Program-made: the position numbers and the translations under genes
Shown: positions 1 through 9,511 of the stretch, one piece after another
Layout of the letters: each line of letters starts with the position of its first letter
How positions within the stretch are numbered: position 1 is the stretch's first letter
The notes under the pieces: generated by a model
What the model saw: only the letters and a program-made list of their open reading frames with translations
Database searches by the model: none
Told to the model about the DNA's origin: nothing
Source of the DNA: an uncultured Candidatus Binatia bacterium
GTDB lineage: Bacteria; Desulfobacterota; Binatia; UBA9968; JAJDTQ01
Length of the DNA stretch: 64,000 bases
Reading direction: 5' to 3'
NCBI GenBank assembly: GCA_964291295.2
Contig: OZ219754.1
Coordinates: 2,752,001-2,816,000, forward strand

Positions 1-1332
1 ACCGTAGTCCTGAAGGGGACTCCAGAACGTCGCATTGGCATTCCCGGGGATCTCCTCCCAGGTGACCCCGAGCTTGTTCCACAGGCCCCGGGTCACCATC
101 TTTCCCGCCGCCACGCCGATGGAGCCGGTTATGGTGGCGGGCTGGGCAACGATGCGGTCCGCCGATGCGGCGATGAAATACCCGCCAGAGCCGGCGACGT
201 CGCCCATGGAAACGATCACCGGCTTGCCCCGGCGCCGGGCACGGTGCACCCCGCGCCGGATGACATCCGAGGCCACGTAGGAGCCGCCAGGGCTGTCGAT
301 GCGGAAGATGATGGCCCGGACCTGGTTGTCACGGGCCGCCGCGCGCAGGGCGCGGGCAAGGCTGTCCGAGCCCATGGACTGGGCGCCGGCAAAACCGCGA
401 TGGCGACTGCGCCCGCCGTGGATATTGCCCAGGCCGTAGATCAACGCCACGGTGGTCGGATCGCCCTCTCCGGCTTCCAACCGGCTGCGGTAGCGGGAAA
501 GGGTCAGAAACCTGACATCGGAACCCAGGCTCTTGCGGACACGTGCACGCACCTCGTCGCGGTACAGGAGGCCGTCCACCAGCGCCTCATCCAAGGCCTC
601 GTCGGCGGTCAGCGGGGCTCGCCGCATCAGCACATCCAGCGTCTCGCGGGATATCCCCCGCCCCTCGGCGATGCCCGCGGTCAACTGTTCCGTCAGGGAC
701 TCCAGGATTCGCGTGAACGCCTCCCTCCCGGGTGCGCTGAGGCGGGTATTTTCAAAGCGTTCCCTGATGCCCTTGTATTCCCCCCGCTGGTTCATCCGGA
801 ACTGAACATCGAGCTTCTCCAGAGCGTTCTTCAGGAAATAGTTCCGGACCAGCAGGCCGGTGAGGCCCACGCTGCCGGAGGGTTGCAGGTATATCTTCTC
901 GAAGGCCGCAGCCAGATAGAAGGCGCCATTGCCGGGTCCGAAGTCGCCGAAGGATTCGGCGAAGGCGTAGGTCGGCTTGCCTGACCGGCGAAAGGTCCGG
1001 ATCGCGTCGCGCAGCTCCTGGACCCGCGCCAGGCCCATGCCCGAAGCACCCACCCGCGCCATCAGTCCGACCACGCGGTCATCCCGCGCCGCCCGTTCGA
1101 TGGCGGCGACGGTCTGCCACAGGTCCGGTTGCTCCCGCGGGAGTCCGTACCAGGGCGTGAATCCGCCGGAGCCGAGTTCCGGTATCGGGCGGCTCAGGTC
1201 CAGGGCAAGAACGGTCCTGTCCGGCACCGGCAGGGTTCGCGTGGAGTAGAACAGCAGCACCGCCACGACGCCGGCGACGGCCAGGGTCGCCACGGCTCCA
1301 ATGACCATGAGCACGATTCGGATGAGGTACAT
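1..1332 (-). CDS. sppA: Signal peptide peptidase SppA (long form), 3' end outside the window
   Basis: Manual translation from ATG at 1332 after GGGAGG: MYLIRIVLMVIGAVATLAVAG (TM), then IFRIDSPGGS and SMGDVAGSGGYFIA S49 motifs. Absent from the ORF track because it runs off the edge. Confidence 0.9.
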   Translation of the reverse strand, partial: MYLIRIVLMVIGAVATLAVAGVVAVLLFYSTRTLPVPDRTVLALDLSRPIPELGSGGFTPWYGLPREQPDLWQTVAAIERAARDDRVVGLMARVGASGMGLARVQELRDAIRTFRRSGKPTYAFAESFGDFGPGNGAFYLAAAFEKIYLQPSGSVGLTGLLVRNYFLKNALEKLDVQFRMNQRGEYKGIRERFENTRLSAPGREAFTRILESLTEQLTAGIAEGRGISRETLDVLMRRAPLTADEALDEALVDGLLYRDEVRARVRKSLGSDVRFLTLSRYRSRLEAGEGDPTTVALIYGLGNIHGGRSRHRGFAGAQSMGSDSLARALRAAARDNQVRAIIFRIDSPGGSYVASDVIRRGVHRARRRGKPVIVSMGDVAGSGGYFIAASADRIVAQPATITGSIGVAAGKMVTRGLWNKLGVTWEEIPGNANATFWSPLQDYG

Positions 1333-1481
1333 GATTCCTCCCGGGGACCCTCGCCCGGTATCGTCCTGATGGGGGCGGGTCTGTGAATCTGGTACACAAG
1401 AGGATGTTGCCGGAAACGGCGACGGAGACAACGGTGACGGAAGAACCTTGACGGATGCCCCTGCCCATGACGAGGGAGCCG

Positions 1482-1882
1482 ATGCGTCGAATCACCAGCC
1501 GCATCCGCCTGGACGACGGCGAGATCGAGGAGCGCTTCATCCGGGCCTCGGGTCCCGGCGGGCAGAACGTGAACAAGACCGCCACCGCCGTGCAACTCCG
1601 GTTCAACGTGACGGACTCTCCGTCGTTGCCGCAAGCGGTCCGGGAGCGTCTCCTGCGGACTGCGGGCAGGCGTGTGGACAGGAGTGGAATCCTGACCATC
1701 GAGGCCAGACGTTATCGCGACCAGTCACGCAATCGCGAGGACGCCCTGGAGCGTCTGGTCGCGCTGATTCGCAAGGCCGCCGACGAGCCGGCGCCACGCC
1801 GGCGTCACGGCACCGCCGTCTGGACGACAAGCGCAAGCGGAGCGCCCTCAAGAAGTTGCGCCGTTCGAATCTCCCGGACTGA
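1482..1882 (+). pseudogene. arfB: Alternative ribosome-rescue peptidyl-tRNA hydrolase ArfB, frameshifted near 1793-1802
   Basis: FIRASGPGGQNVNKTATAVQLRF and QSRNREDALERL are in one frame. The basic tail TPASRHRRLDDKRKRSALKKLRR is in another frame, ending at 1882. Confidence 0.8.
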
Positions 1883-1908
1883 TACCCCCTCTTTCGTGGC
1901 GGCGCGCA

Positions 1909-2649
1909 TCATTGCAGCGTGGGCGGTTCGTCATCGCGCCGCTTTCCTTCGATGATCTTGAACTGCCGCTTGAGGCGGGCCAGGCGGAACCGGTAGTATT
2001 CCTGCCGGACCGTGACCCAGGAACGCTTCAGGTTCAGCATGTGGCCCCACCGGAGATACACGTAGCCGAACAGCATGCCGCCGAGGTGGCCGAGGTGCGA
2101 GATGCCGGAGTAACCCGGACTGATGGACGAGAAGAACGCGATGGCGCCGATGATGAGCACGAAGTACTTCATCCGGATGGGGATCAGCAGGTAGAGATAG
2201 ATCACGTTGTCGGGAAAGAGCCGTCCGTAGGCCAGCAGCACACCGTAAATGCCGGCGGATGCGCCGATGGTGGGGATGGCCTGGTTCGGTTCCAGGAACA
2301 GTACGCAGAGGCCGCCTCCGACCACGCTGACCCAGTAGTACTTCAGGAAGAACCGCGTGCCCCAGGCCCGCTCCAGGTCGCAGCCGAACATCCACAACGC
2401 CAGCATGTTGAACAATATGTGGAACAGCCCGAAATGGAGGAACTGGTAGGTGAAGAGCTGCCAGATCTGGAGTTCGTTCCAGACCAGATGCGGGACCAGG
2501 CCGAAGATCCAGAGGAGCGGGCGCCCTCCGAGATAGGGAAGCTGGAAGACGAAGACAGCGACGTTGACGATCAGCAGCCACTTGACCGCCGGGGTAACCG
2601 GACCTCCGAAGCTGAGCGATCCGGAGGAAGGCCGGGTCCGGTACATCAT
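1909..2649 (-). CDS. Rhomboid family intramembrane serine protease
   Basis: WQLFTYQFLH, HILFNML, IGASAGIYG (catalytic Ser), SHLGHLGG (catalytic His); multiple TM segments. Confidence 0.93.
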   Translation of the reverse strand: MMYRTRPSSGSLSFGGPVTPAVKWLLIVNVAVFVFQLPYLGGRPLLWIFGLVPHLVWNELQIWQLFTYQFLHFGLFHILFNMLALWMFGCDLERAWGTRFFLKYYWVSVVGGGLCVLFLEPNQAIPTIGASAGIYGVLLAYGRLFPDNVIYLYLLIPIRMKYFVLIIGAIAFFSSISPGYSGISHLGHLGGMLFGYVYLRWGHMLNLKRSWVTVRQEYYRFRLARLKRQFKIIEGKRRDDEPPTLQ

Positions 2650-2703
2650 GACCCCAATATAGCGTATTGCACGATGAGCCGTAAGCGGCTAAGCGTGAGA
2701 GAA

Positions 2704-3672
2704 ATGAAGATCCTCCTTACCGGCGGAACCGGTGTGAACGGTGCCTGCACCGCGCGGCTGCTGGTGGCCCGGGGGCAGCACCCGGTGCTGCTGGACAACC
2801 GGGTGGATCTGTCGCTGATCGCGGATATCGCCGGCGACGTGGAGGTGGTGTCCGGCGACATCCTGAACGGCGCCGAAGTGAAAGAGGTGGTGGCGGACCA
2901 CGGCATCACCCACATCGTGCACATGGCGGCGCTGATGCCGGGCCCGGCCGAGGCCGATCCTCACCGCGCCATCGCCATCGGCGTGGACGGAACCCTGAAC
3001 GTGCTGGAAGCCGCCCGCGCCTGCGGCATCCGGCGGGTCGTCTATACCAGCTCCAATGCCTTCATCGGCAACGTCACCGGCCGCCACGGCCATCCGGACT
3101 TCGTGCCCCTGGACGAGACCCATCCCCCGAACCCCGCAGACCTCTATGGCGTCACCAAGGTCTGCTCGGAGGCGTTGGGAAGCTACTACGGGAGTCGCCG
3201 CGGGATCGAGTTCGTGGCGCTGCGCTACCCGTCCATCTACGGCCCGGGCAAGCGTGCGCGGCACGGCGTCCTGGCCCTCTATGGCAAGATCATCGAGGAC
3301 GTCATGGCCGGACGCGAGGTATCCATCCCCCGGGGCGGCGACCAGCGGAACGACGCCCTCTACGTCGGCGACGTGGCCCACTCGGTGGTCCTGGCCCTGA
3401 ACGCCGCCGGCCCGATACGGGGCACCTTCAACATCGGCACCGGCCGGGGCGTCACGCTGAAGGATTTTGCCGCGGTCCTGAAACGTATCTTTCCCACGGC
3501 GAAGATCGACATGGGCGACGGCCTCGACTTCCGCGAGGGCTACAAGCAAAGCTACTGCGTCTTCGACATCGGCAGGGCGCGCGCACAACTGGGGTACGAG
3601 CCGCAGTACGACCTGGAGGGTGGCATCCAGGACTACATCCAGAGCGTCCGAAGGCTGAAATTGCCGATCTGA
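2704..3672 (+). CDS. NAD-dependent epimerase/dehydratase family protein
   Basis: MKILLTGGTGVNG Rossmann start, YTSS, YGVTK (YxxxK), YGPG, FNIGTG. Confidence 0.9.
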   Translation: MKILLTGGTGVNGACTARLLVARGQHPVLLDNRVDLSLIADIAGDVEVVSGDILNGAEVKEVVADHGITHIVHMAALMPGPAEADPHRAIAIGVDGTLNVLEAARACGIRRVVYTSSNAFIGNVTGRHGHPDFVPLDETHPPNPADLYGVTKVCSEALGSYYGSRRGIEFVALRYPSIYGPGKRARHGVLALYGKIIEDVMAGREVSIPRGGDQRNDALYVGDVAHSVVLALNAAGPIRGTFNIGTGRGVTLKDFAAVLKRIFPTAKIDMGDGLDFREGYKQSYCVFDIGRARAQLGYEPQYDLEGGIQDYIQSVRRLKLPI

Positions 3673-4055
3673 TGCACGGGTGGATGCACGGCGATCCGTT
3701 CCGGAATCGCCCCTTCGGGCGCCTTTCTGTTCGTGCCATCGTCCGGACAGGACAAACCGGCGTCCGGCATCAGGTGCCCGGGCGCATGAAACTCTACCGG
3801 AAGTTCTACCGGGCACTCTGCCTTCCTTCACTTCCAGCGCGTTCGTTGAGGGTGCGCATCGCCCGGCCGGAGCGCTCCCGGGTGCCCTTGGGTCCGGACC
3901 TCGGGTACATCGCCGGCCGGATCGGGCGGCGGCGCACCGGTTCCACCACGCGGAACCGGTGCGCGACTCACGCCCGACCCGGTCCGACACCGCCTGTGCG
4001 AAAGGGTTGACCCGCGCGAGCCACGGACAAATTTCGACGGCTGCTTGCCTGGCTG

Positions 4056-4733
4056 GTGCATTTCTACACCGCCCTCGGGGCGGTGGTAGCGGCGTTCACG
4101 CTGATGCGGGTGGCCGAAGGCCGCTACCGCGAGGCGCTGGCGCTCATGGGCCTGGCACTGATCCTGGACGCCACCGACGGAACTTTCGCCCGGGCGGCGC
4201 GCGTGAAAGAGCGGGTCCCCGAGGTGGACGGCGCCCGGCTCGATGACATCGTCGACTATCTCAACTACGTCTTCGTTCCCTGCTTCCTGCTGCTGCGGGC
4301 AGAGTTGCTGCCCGCAGGACACGCGTGGTGGATCGTCTGCCTGCCGCTGCTGGCAAGCGCCTACGGTTTCTCGCAGACCAACGCCAAGACGGCCGACCAT
4401 CACTTCCTCGGATTTCCCTCCTGCTGGAATGTGGTGGCGTTCTACTGCGTGGTCCTGGACTGGGGGCCCTGGTTCAACGGCCTGCTCGTGATCGCATTGT
4501 CCGTGATGGTCTTCGTGCCCATCCGGTATCTGTACCCGAGCCGGAACCCGTTCCTGCGAGGTCTGACCCTCACCTTGGGGGCCGTCTGGGGAGTGCTCTG
4601 CCTCGGGCTGGTGTATCACCTGCCCCACCCGCCCCGCGGCCTGGCGCTGGTTTCGCTGTTCTTCCCCGCCTACTACCTGCTGCTGTCCTTCTGGTCCCAC
4701 CTGCGATCCGGCAACGTGCGATCCGGCAGATAG
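4056..4733 (+). CDS. pcs: CDP-alcohol phosphatidyltransferase, phosphatidylcholine synthase-like
   Basis: DATDGTFARAARVKERVPEVDGARLDDIVDYLNYVFVP motif, FLGFPSCWN, PIRYLYPSR. True start may be a few codons upstream (in-frame RRLLAWL). Confidence 0.8.
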   Translation: MHFYTALGAVVAAFTLMRVAEGRYREALALMGLALILDATDGTFARAARVKERVPEVDGARLDDIVDYLNYVFVPCFLLLRAELLPAGHAWWIVCLPLLASAYGFSQTNAKTADHHFLGFPSCWNVVAFYCVVLDWGPWFNGLLVIALSVMVFVPIRYLYPSRNPFLRGLTLTLGAVWGVLCLGLVYHLPHPPRGLALVSLFFPAYYLLLSFWSHLRSGNVRSGR

Positions 4734-4943
4734 GAGCACGTGCGCCCACATGACCGGCGCTCCGCCCTGTCAAGTCAAGTCATGCCAGCGGTCTGCTCTT
4801 CGGTGGCCGGACCGTCTTGACCCCGGAGGAGGCCGGCCACGCCATGGTGGCGAGATCCTCCGACAACATGCCTCGCAATCCAGGGCGGGACGGTGCTCGG
4901 AGAGACGACCCTCGACCCGAACTCCGGCGCATCACACCTGAGG

Positions 4944-5453
4944 CTAACGGGTAGGCTCCACGGATTCGTCGCGGTGGATTCGGACGGCGAGGACGTCGGC
5001 TTCGGCGCACACTTTGCGCTCGCAACTCAGGGTGCAGGAGAGAAAGGTCTTGCGCCCCTGCACCTTGCGGATGGCGGCACGCAGCTCCAGGGGTTTTCCC
5101 AGCGGCGTCGGACGCCGGTAATCGATGTGCAGGCTGGCGGTGACAAAGAAGATCCGGGGCGCACTGCCGATGGGACGCTGCTCGTCCCTGTAGGCCCGGG
5201 CGATGGCGAGATTCATGCTGTGGCAGTCGAGCAGAGTCGCGATCACGCCGCCGTTCACCACCTCGCGCGTGCCGCCGCAGTGATGCGGCCGGGCCGTCCA
5301 GGTGCCGACCGCCTCTTCGCCGTCCCAGCGGCTCTTGATCCGGAAACCCTGGTCATTGGCGGGACCGCAGCCGTAGCACAAGGTGGTGGCGCCCTGGTCC
5401 TGGAAAGAGAGCTTCTCGCTCCCCCGCTCCTGCCCACGCGGTGCCATTGCCAT
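4944..5453 (-). CDS. PaaI/hotdog-fold thioesterase
   Basis: CYGCGPANDQG, NGGVIATLLDCH, VTASLHIDYRRPTP. Start overlaps the upstream stop (TGATG). Confidence 0.88.
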   Translation of the reverse strand: MAMAPRGQERGSEKLSFQDQGATTLCYGCGPANDQGFRIKSRWDGEEAVGTWTARPHHCGGTREVVNGGVIATLLDCHSMNLAIARAYRDEQRPIGSAPRIFFVTASLHIDYRRPTPLGKPLELRAAIRKVQGRKTFLSCTLSCERKVCAEADVLAVRIHRDESVEPTR

Positions 5454-6319
5454 CAGCCGGCGCGGGTCACGCCCAACCGGAGTGACCCGATCCCTTCGAT
5501 CTCGGCCACCAGTTCGTCGCCGGCGGCCAGTTGCTTCTGAAACGCCGGCGCATCGGGATTGCCGCTGGCAATGAGGTCGCCGGGCAGCAGGGTTCCGACC
5601 CGGGAGAGATGACTCACCAGACGGGCCACGCCGTTGATCATGCCGCTGGTGCTGGCCGATTGCCGCAGCGCGTCGTTCACCCAAAGGCGCATCTCCAGGG
5701 CTTGCGGGTCGGGTACCGCGTCGCGGGTGACGATCCAGGGCCCCACGGGAGCGAAGGTGTCGAAACCTTTCCGCACGCAACGGGTGCCCATGAGATTCCG
5801 TCCGGATCCGTATCCCCGGGCGGTGACGTCGAGGATGACGCTGTAGCCGAACACGGCGTCCATGGCCTCGTCCTCCGACAGGTCGCGGCTCTCCTTGCCG
5901 ATGACGACGCACAACTCCAACTCCGGAAAGACGGTATCGGCACTGGCGGGGATGACGATGTTCCCGCCCGGGCCGATGACCGCGGACGGCGGCTTGAGGA
6001 AAAGATGCTCGAGCAGCTCGTCGGGCGGGGTCTGGCGCGCTTCTCCCCGTCCTCCGGAACTGGAAAGGTTCGCGCCGCCGCGGTGGTAGTTGCCGGCGGC
6101 GCCCCAGATCTTGGAAGGCGCGGGCACGGGCGCGGCCAGTTGCGCCGCATCCAGGCTTGTCGGACTTCCTTCCGAAACCGCCCGCTCGACGGCGCTCCGG
6201 TGGCTGTCGAAGGACGCCGCCAGATCGATCATGGAGTCGCAGACACGGTCCAGCAGAACGATCCCGTCGTCCGACGTGATGGCTGCGACACTGCCGTTCC
6301 TGAGGGTGGCAAACCGCAT
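5453..6319 (-). CDS. Fumarylacetoacetate hydrolase family protein
   Basis: PSKIWGAAGNY, FLKPPSAVIGP, ELELCVVIGK, KGFDTFAPVGPW, LLPGDLIASG; RBS GGAGGTG. Confidence 0.92.
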   Translation of the reverse strand: MRFATLRNGSVAAITSDDGIVLLDRVCDSMIDLAASFDSHRSAVERAVSEGSPTSLDAAQLAAPVPAPSKIWGAAGNYHRGGANLSSSGGRGEARQTPPDELLEHLFLKPPSAVIGPGGNIVIPASADTVFPELELCVVIGKESRDLSEDEAMDAVFGYSVILDVTARGYGSGRNLMGTRCVRKGFDTFAPVGPWIVTRDAVPDPQALEMRLWVNDALRQSASTSGMINGVARLVSHLSRVGTLLPGDLIASGNPDAPAFQKQLAAGDELVAEIEGIGSLRLGVTRAG

Positions 6320-6436
6320 GGGGCACCTCCATGCCGCCGCGCCGCAAGGACACATCATGGTCCTGCCGGCGTGGTCGTCACGAAACGGAAGGATCTCGAA
6401 GCGGGGGTGGCCGCTCTCGCTCCAGGGGCCGCGTGT

Positions 6437-7207
6437 CTAGTAGGCGTCCTTGAGTTCCCGGACCTTGGCGAAGACCGAAACCGGGTCCGTTCCCTGACCC
6501 GGGAAACGCGCGGCGAGGCCGGCCTTGATCTCGTCGCTTTCCCATCGGAGAAACGGGTTGGTTTCGAGCTCGTCCCCGAGGCGGGACGGCACCGTGAACT
6601 GCTCCCTTGCCCGGAGCGCCCGGACCGCCTCCAGCCTTTGCCGGATCTTTTCGTTGCGGGGCTCCACCGTGAGGGCGAACTGAAGGTTCTTTTCGGTGTA
6701 CTCGTGGCCGCAGTAGACCAGCGTGTCGTCCGACAGGTCGCGCAGTTTCCCGAGGGAGCGGGTCATCTGCTCCGGGTTCCCCTCGAACACCCGGCCGCAG
6801 CCGCCGGCGAAGAGGGCGTCACCGCTGAAGAGCCTCCCGGGAAACACGAAGGCGATATGGCCTCGGGTGTGACCCGGAACGAACAGGACGCGGCCCCGTT
6901 CCTCTCCCACCCGGACCTCGTCGCCCTCCTCCAGAGCGTGGGTGATGCCGGGGATGCGTTCCTCGTCCGCCTTGGCGCCGAACACCGTCAGTCCCGGCTT
7001 CTGCCCCAGCAGGTATGCGTTGCCGCCGGTGTGATCCCGGTGATGGTGGGTGTTGAGGATGGCGACGAGCTCGACCCCTTCCTCCCGGACGCGGTGCCAG
7101 ACCGGCTCCCCTTCGGAAGGATCGACGATGCCCGCCCGGTTGGTCTTCTCGCAGATCACGAGGTAGCCGTAGTTGTCCGCAAGCAACGGTATCGGAACGA
7201 TTCTCAT
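6437..7207 (-). CDS. gloB: Hydroxyacylglutathione hydrolase (glyoxalase II)
   Basis: DNYGYL, THHHRDHTGG, PGHTRGHI, FSGDALFAGGCGRVFEG, CGHEYT, TNPFLR. Confidence 0.95.
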   Translation of the reverse strand: MRIVPIPLLADNYGYLVICEKTNRAGIVDPSEGEPVWHRVREEGVELVAILNTHHHRDHTGGNAYLLGQKPGLTVFGAKADEERIPGITHALEEGDEVRVGEERGRVLFVPGHTRGHIAFVFPGRLFSGDALFAGGCGRVFEGNPEQMTRSLGKLRDLSDDTLVYCGHEYTEKNLQFALTVEPRNEKIRQRLEAVRALRAREQFTVPSRLGDELETNPFLRWESDEIKAGLAARFPGQGTDPVSVFAKVRELKDAY

Positions 7208-7278
7208 TGCGCCCTTTATACCAGAACCGGCGCGGGCCGGCCACCGGCCGGATGAGGGCCACGGCAGGCCCGGGCGCG

Positions 7279-9102
7279 TCAGCGGCGCAGACGCTTGCGC
7301 TTGTTGGCCAGGTAGTCCACCACGATATAGTTGCCGATCTCATCGGGCGACGTGTGGAAAACCCTGCCGGTGTTCATGCGGGCGAGGCGGTCCACGAAAC
7401 CCGTGCGGTAGTAGTCCGTTCCCAGCATGAACGTGTTGATGCGAATGCCGCTCCGGGTGCAGCGCCGGACCTCCTTGAGAGTCTCGCGCACGATCCTCTC
7501 ATGCAACAGCGCCGAGCCCCAGCCACTATGCAGGCGACCGCCCCGATCGACATTGCAGGCGGTCGGTTCGCCGTCGGTGATGAGGATGATCTGGCGGTTG
7601 ATGGACTTGTTGCTTCCAAGCAGTTGGCGGGAGAACCTCAAGGCTTCCTTGATATCCGTGCCGTGCTCCATGAAGTAGGTGATGGCGACGATGGAGGGCA
7701 GATCCTCGGTGCGGATAATCCTGGCGTTGGAACGGAAGGCCACCAGGTGGAGGATGTCCTGGGGATACCGGGTCTCAATGAGACGGTTCAGCGCCAGCGC
7801 CACTTTCTTGCCGGCGTGCAGGGCATCGTTCATGAGCATGGAGTAGCTTACGTCGATGAGCAGCACGGTCTCGGTATCCGTGGAGAACTCGCGCTGGTAT
7901 ACCTGAAAGTCGCCGGGCTCGATGCGGACGGGGATCCCGGTTCGTCCCTCCTCCAGCGACCGCACCAGGGTTCTGCGGATGTCGATGTCCAGGGGATTGC
8001 CGTATTCGTAGCGCTGCGTCTCTTCCAGCCGCATGCCCTGGTTGCCGACCTTGGCGCTGGCATGCTGCCCCCAACGGTTCCTGTTCATGAGTTGGAATAT
8101 CTCTCTCAGGGCCTTGTCCCCCAGTTGGCGTATGCTCCTGGGGCTGAGCCGCAACCCGCCGCCGGTCTGTACCAGGTACCCCGCATCCACCATCATCTGC
8201 TCGACGCCCTGGAGATACCGGATCTGTTCGCTGGCTTCCTCGCCCAACAGCTCGCGCATGGCGTCCAGGTCGAGGTCGGACACGTCACCGAGTCCCCGGC
8301 GTCCCCATCGCAGGAACTGCTCCAGGCTGCGCAACTGTCCCAGAACCTCTCCGGCCTCCCCCATGCCCATGCGCTGGCTTCCCTGAAAGGGGTACTGGTT
8401 CAGAAGCTGCTCAAGCTGTTCCATCCGGGAGATGGCGTCGCTCAGTTGCTGAAGCTCCTGCCGGCTCAGCGAGTCGAGGTTTTCGAGGAGATTGTCCAGG
8501 TCGTCCACCGCGGCGTCCAGCATGTCGGGCAGGTTCCGAAGAAAATCGTCGTCATCCAGCAGCCGGCTCAGACGCTCCAGCATCTGCGAAAGATCGGGCG
8601 CGCCCGGCCCCGTGAGGTTCTGCGGCCGTTGCATGGAGCGCTGGTCGATCTGCTCCCCGAGCCGCTCCTTGAGCTGCTGGTATCGCTCCTGGGCCCGGCG
8701 CATCCGCTCGGCCAGTTCATCCATGTCCTGGGCGTACCTGCCCGACAGCCGCTCCATGAAGTGGCGCATCTTCTCGTGATACGCTTCGAGCTTCTCCGCC
8801 AGCTCGTTGAGCTTCCGGCCGAGAGCTTCGCTTTCTTCGGCAGACAGCCTGAAGGAGTCCGGCGAGTACTGGTCGAGGAGCTCCTGCTTTCTTGCCTCCG
8901 CCTGTTGCAGCAGATCCCGCAGCCCCTGCACCGAGCGCCGGCCGTCTTCCGACTCGAAGCCCCGCCGCATCAGGCTCCGGAGCGCACGGCGCACCCCCTC
9001 TTCCTCCAGGAACGTGTCCGAGAGCTGTCTCAGCAGATCATGGGCCGTGGGGAAGCGAATCTCCCGGGAGCCGTCCCAAGAGGTGTATCGGTGGACTCTC
9101 AT
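7279..9102 (-). CDS. VWA domain-containing protein
   Basis: N-terminal RYTSWDG, helical/coiled-coil middle, MIDAS motif LLIDVSYSM...GTDI...ITDGEPT. Confidence 0.88.
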   Translation of the reverse strand: MRVHRYTSWDGSREIRFPTAHDLLRQLSDTFLEEEGVRRALRSLMRRGFESEDGRRSVQGLRDLLQQAEARKQELLDQYSPDSFRLSAEESEALGRKLNELAEKLEAYHEKMRHFMERLSGRYAQDMDELAERMRRAQERYQQLKERLGEQIDQRSMQRPQNLTGPGAPDLSQMLERLSRLLDDDDFLRNLPDMLDAAVDDLDNLLENLDSLSRQELQQLSDAISRMEQLEQLLNQYPFQGSQRMGMGEAGEVLGQLRSLEQFLRWGRRGLGDVSDLDLDAMRELLGEEASEQIRYLQGVEQMMVDAGYLVQTGGGLRLSPRSIRQLGDKALREIFQLMNRNRWGQHASAKVGNQGMRLEETQRYEYGNPLDIDIRRTLVRSLEEGRTGIPVRIEPGDFQVYQREFSTDTETVLLIDVSYSMLMNDALHAGKKVALALNRLIETRYPQDILHLVAFRSNARIIRTEDLPSIVAITYFMEHGTDIKEALRFSRQLLGSNKSINRQIILITDGEPTACNVDRGGRLHSGWGSALLHERIVRETLKEVRRCTRSGIRINTFMLGTDYYRTGFVDRLARMNTGRVFHTSPDEIGNYIVVDYLANKRKRLRR

Positions 9103-9219
9103 GGGTATTCATCGACTATATCGCAGGCGTTTCCGGCACCGCAACAGCGAAAATCCGCGTCCGCTGGAACGGCGCGGGCGACTCGGTTATACAGAAGCGA
9201 CCCCGCACGAGGAGGCACC

Positions 9220-9456
9220 ATGAAGGTTACCGTCGATACGACGAAGTGCGATGGACACGAGAAGTGCGTGCAGGCCGCGCCCAAGGTCTTCAGGATGAAC
9301 CAGCGATTCATCGCCGAGGTGGCCGACCCCAACGGCGATGCTTCGGACAAGGTGGTTCTGGCCGCCAGGATCTGTCCCACCAAGGCGATCACGGTGGAGG
9401 ACGATGACGGCACGACGCTGTTTCCCGATTCCTCGGGCAGCGCGCCATCGGTCTGA
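9220..9456 (+). CDS. Ferredoxin (3Fe-4S type)
   Basis: RBS GAGGAGG; MKVTVDTTKCDGHEKC...AARICPTKAITV (CxxHxxC...CP). Confidence 0.88.
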   Translation: MKVTVDTTKCDGHEKCVQAAPKVFRMNQRFIAEVADPNGDASDKVVLAARICPTKAITVEDDDGTTLFPDSSGSAPSV

Positions 9457-9511
9457 CCGGAGCGGCCGCGCGCTCCGGCACCGCGGCCATGCGCGCTGGC
9501 CCGGCCGCCCC

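Noticed and set aside
3672-4010. 112-aa ORF after the epimerase
   Set aside because: Arg/Pro/Gly-rich, no recognisable family, overlaps a strong hairpin.
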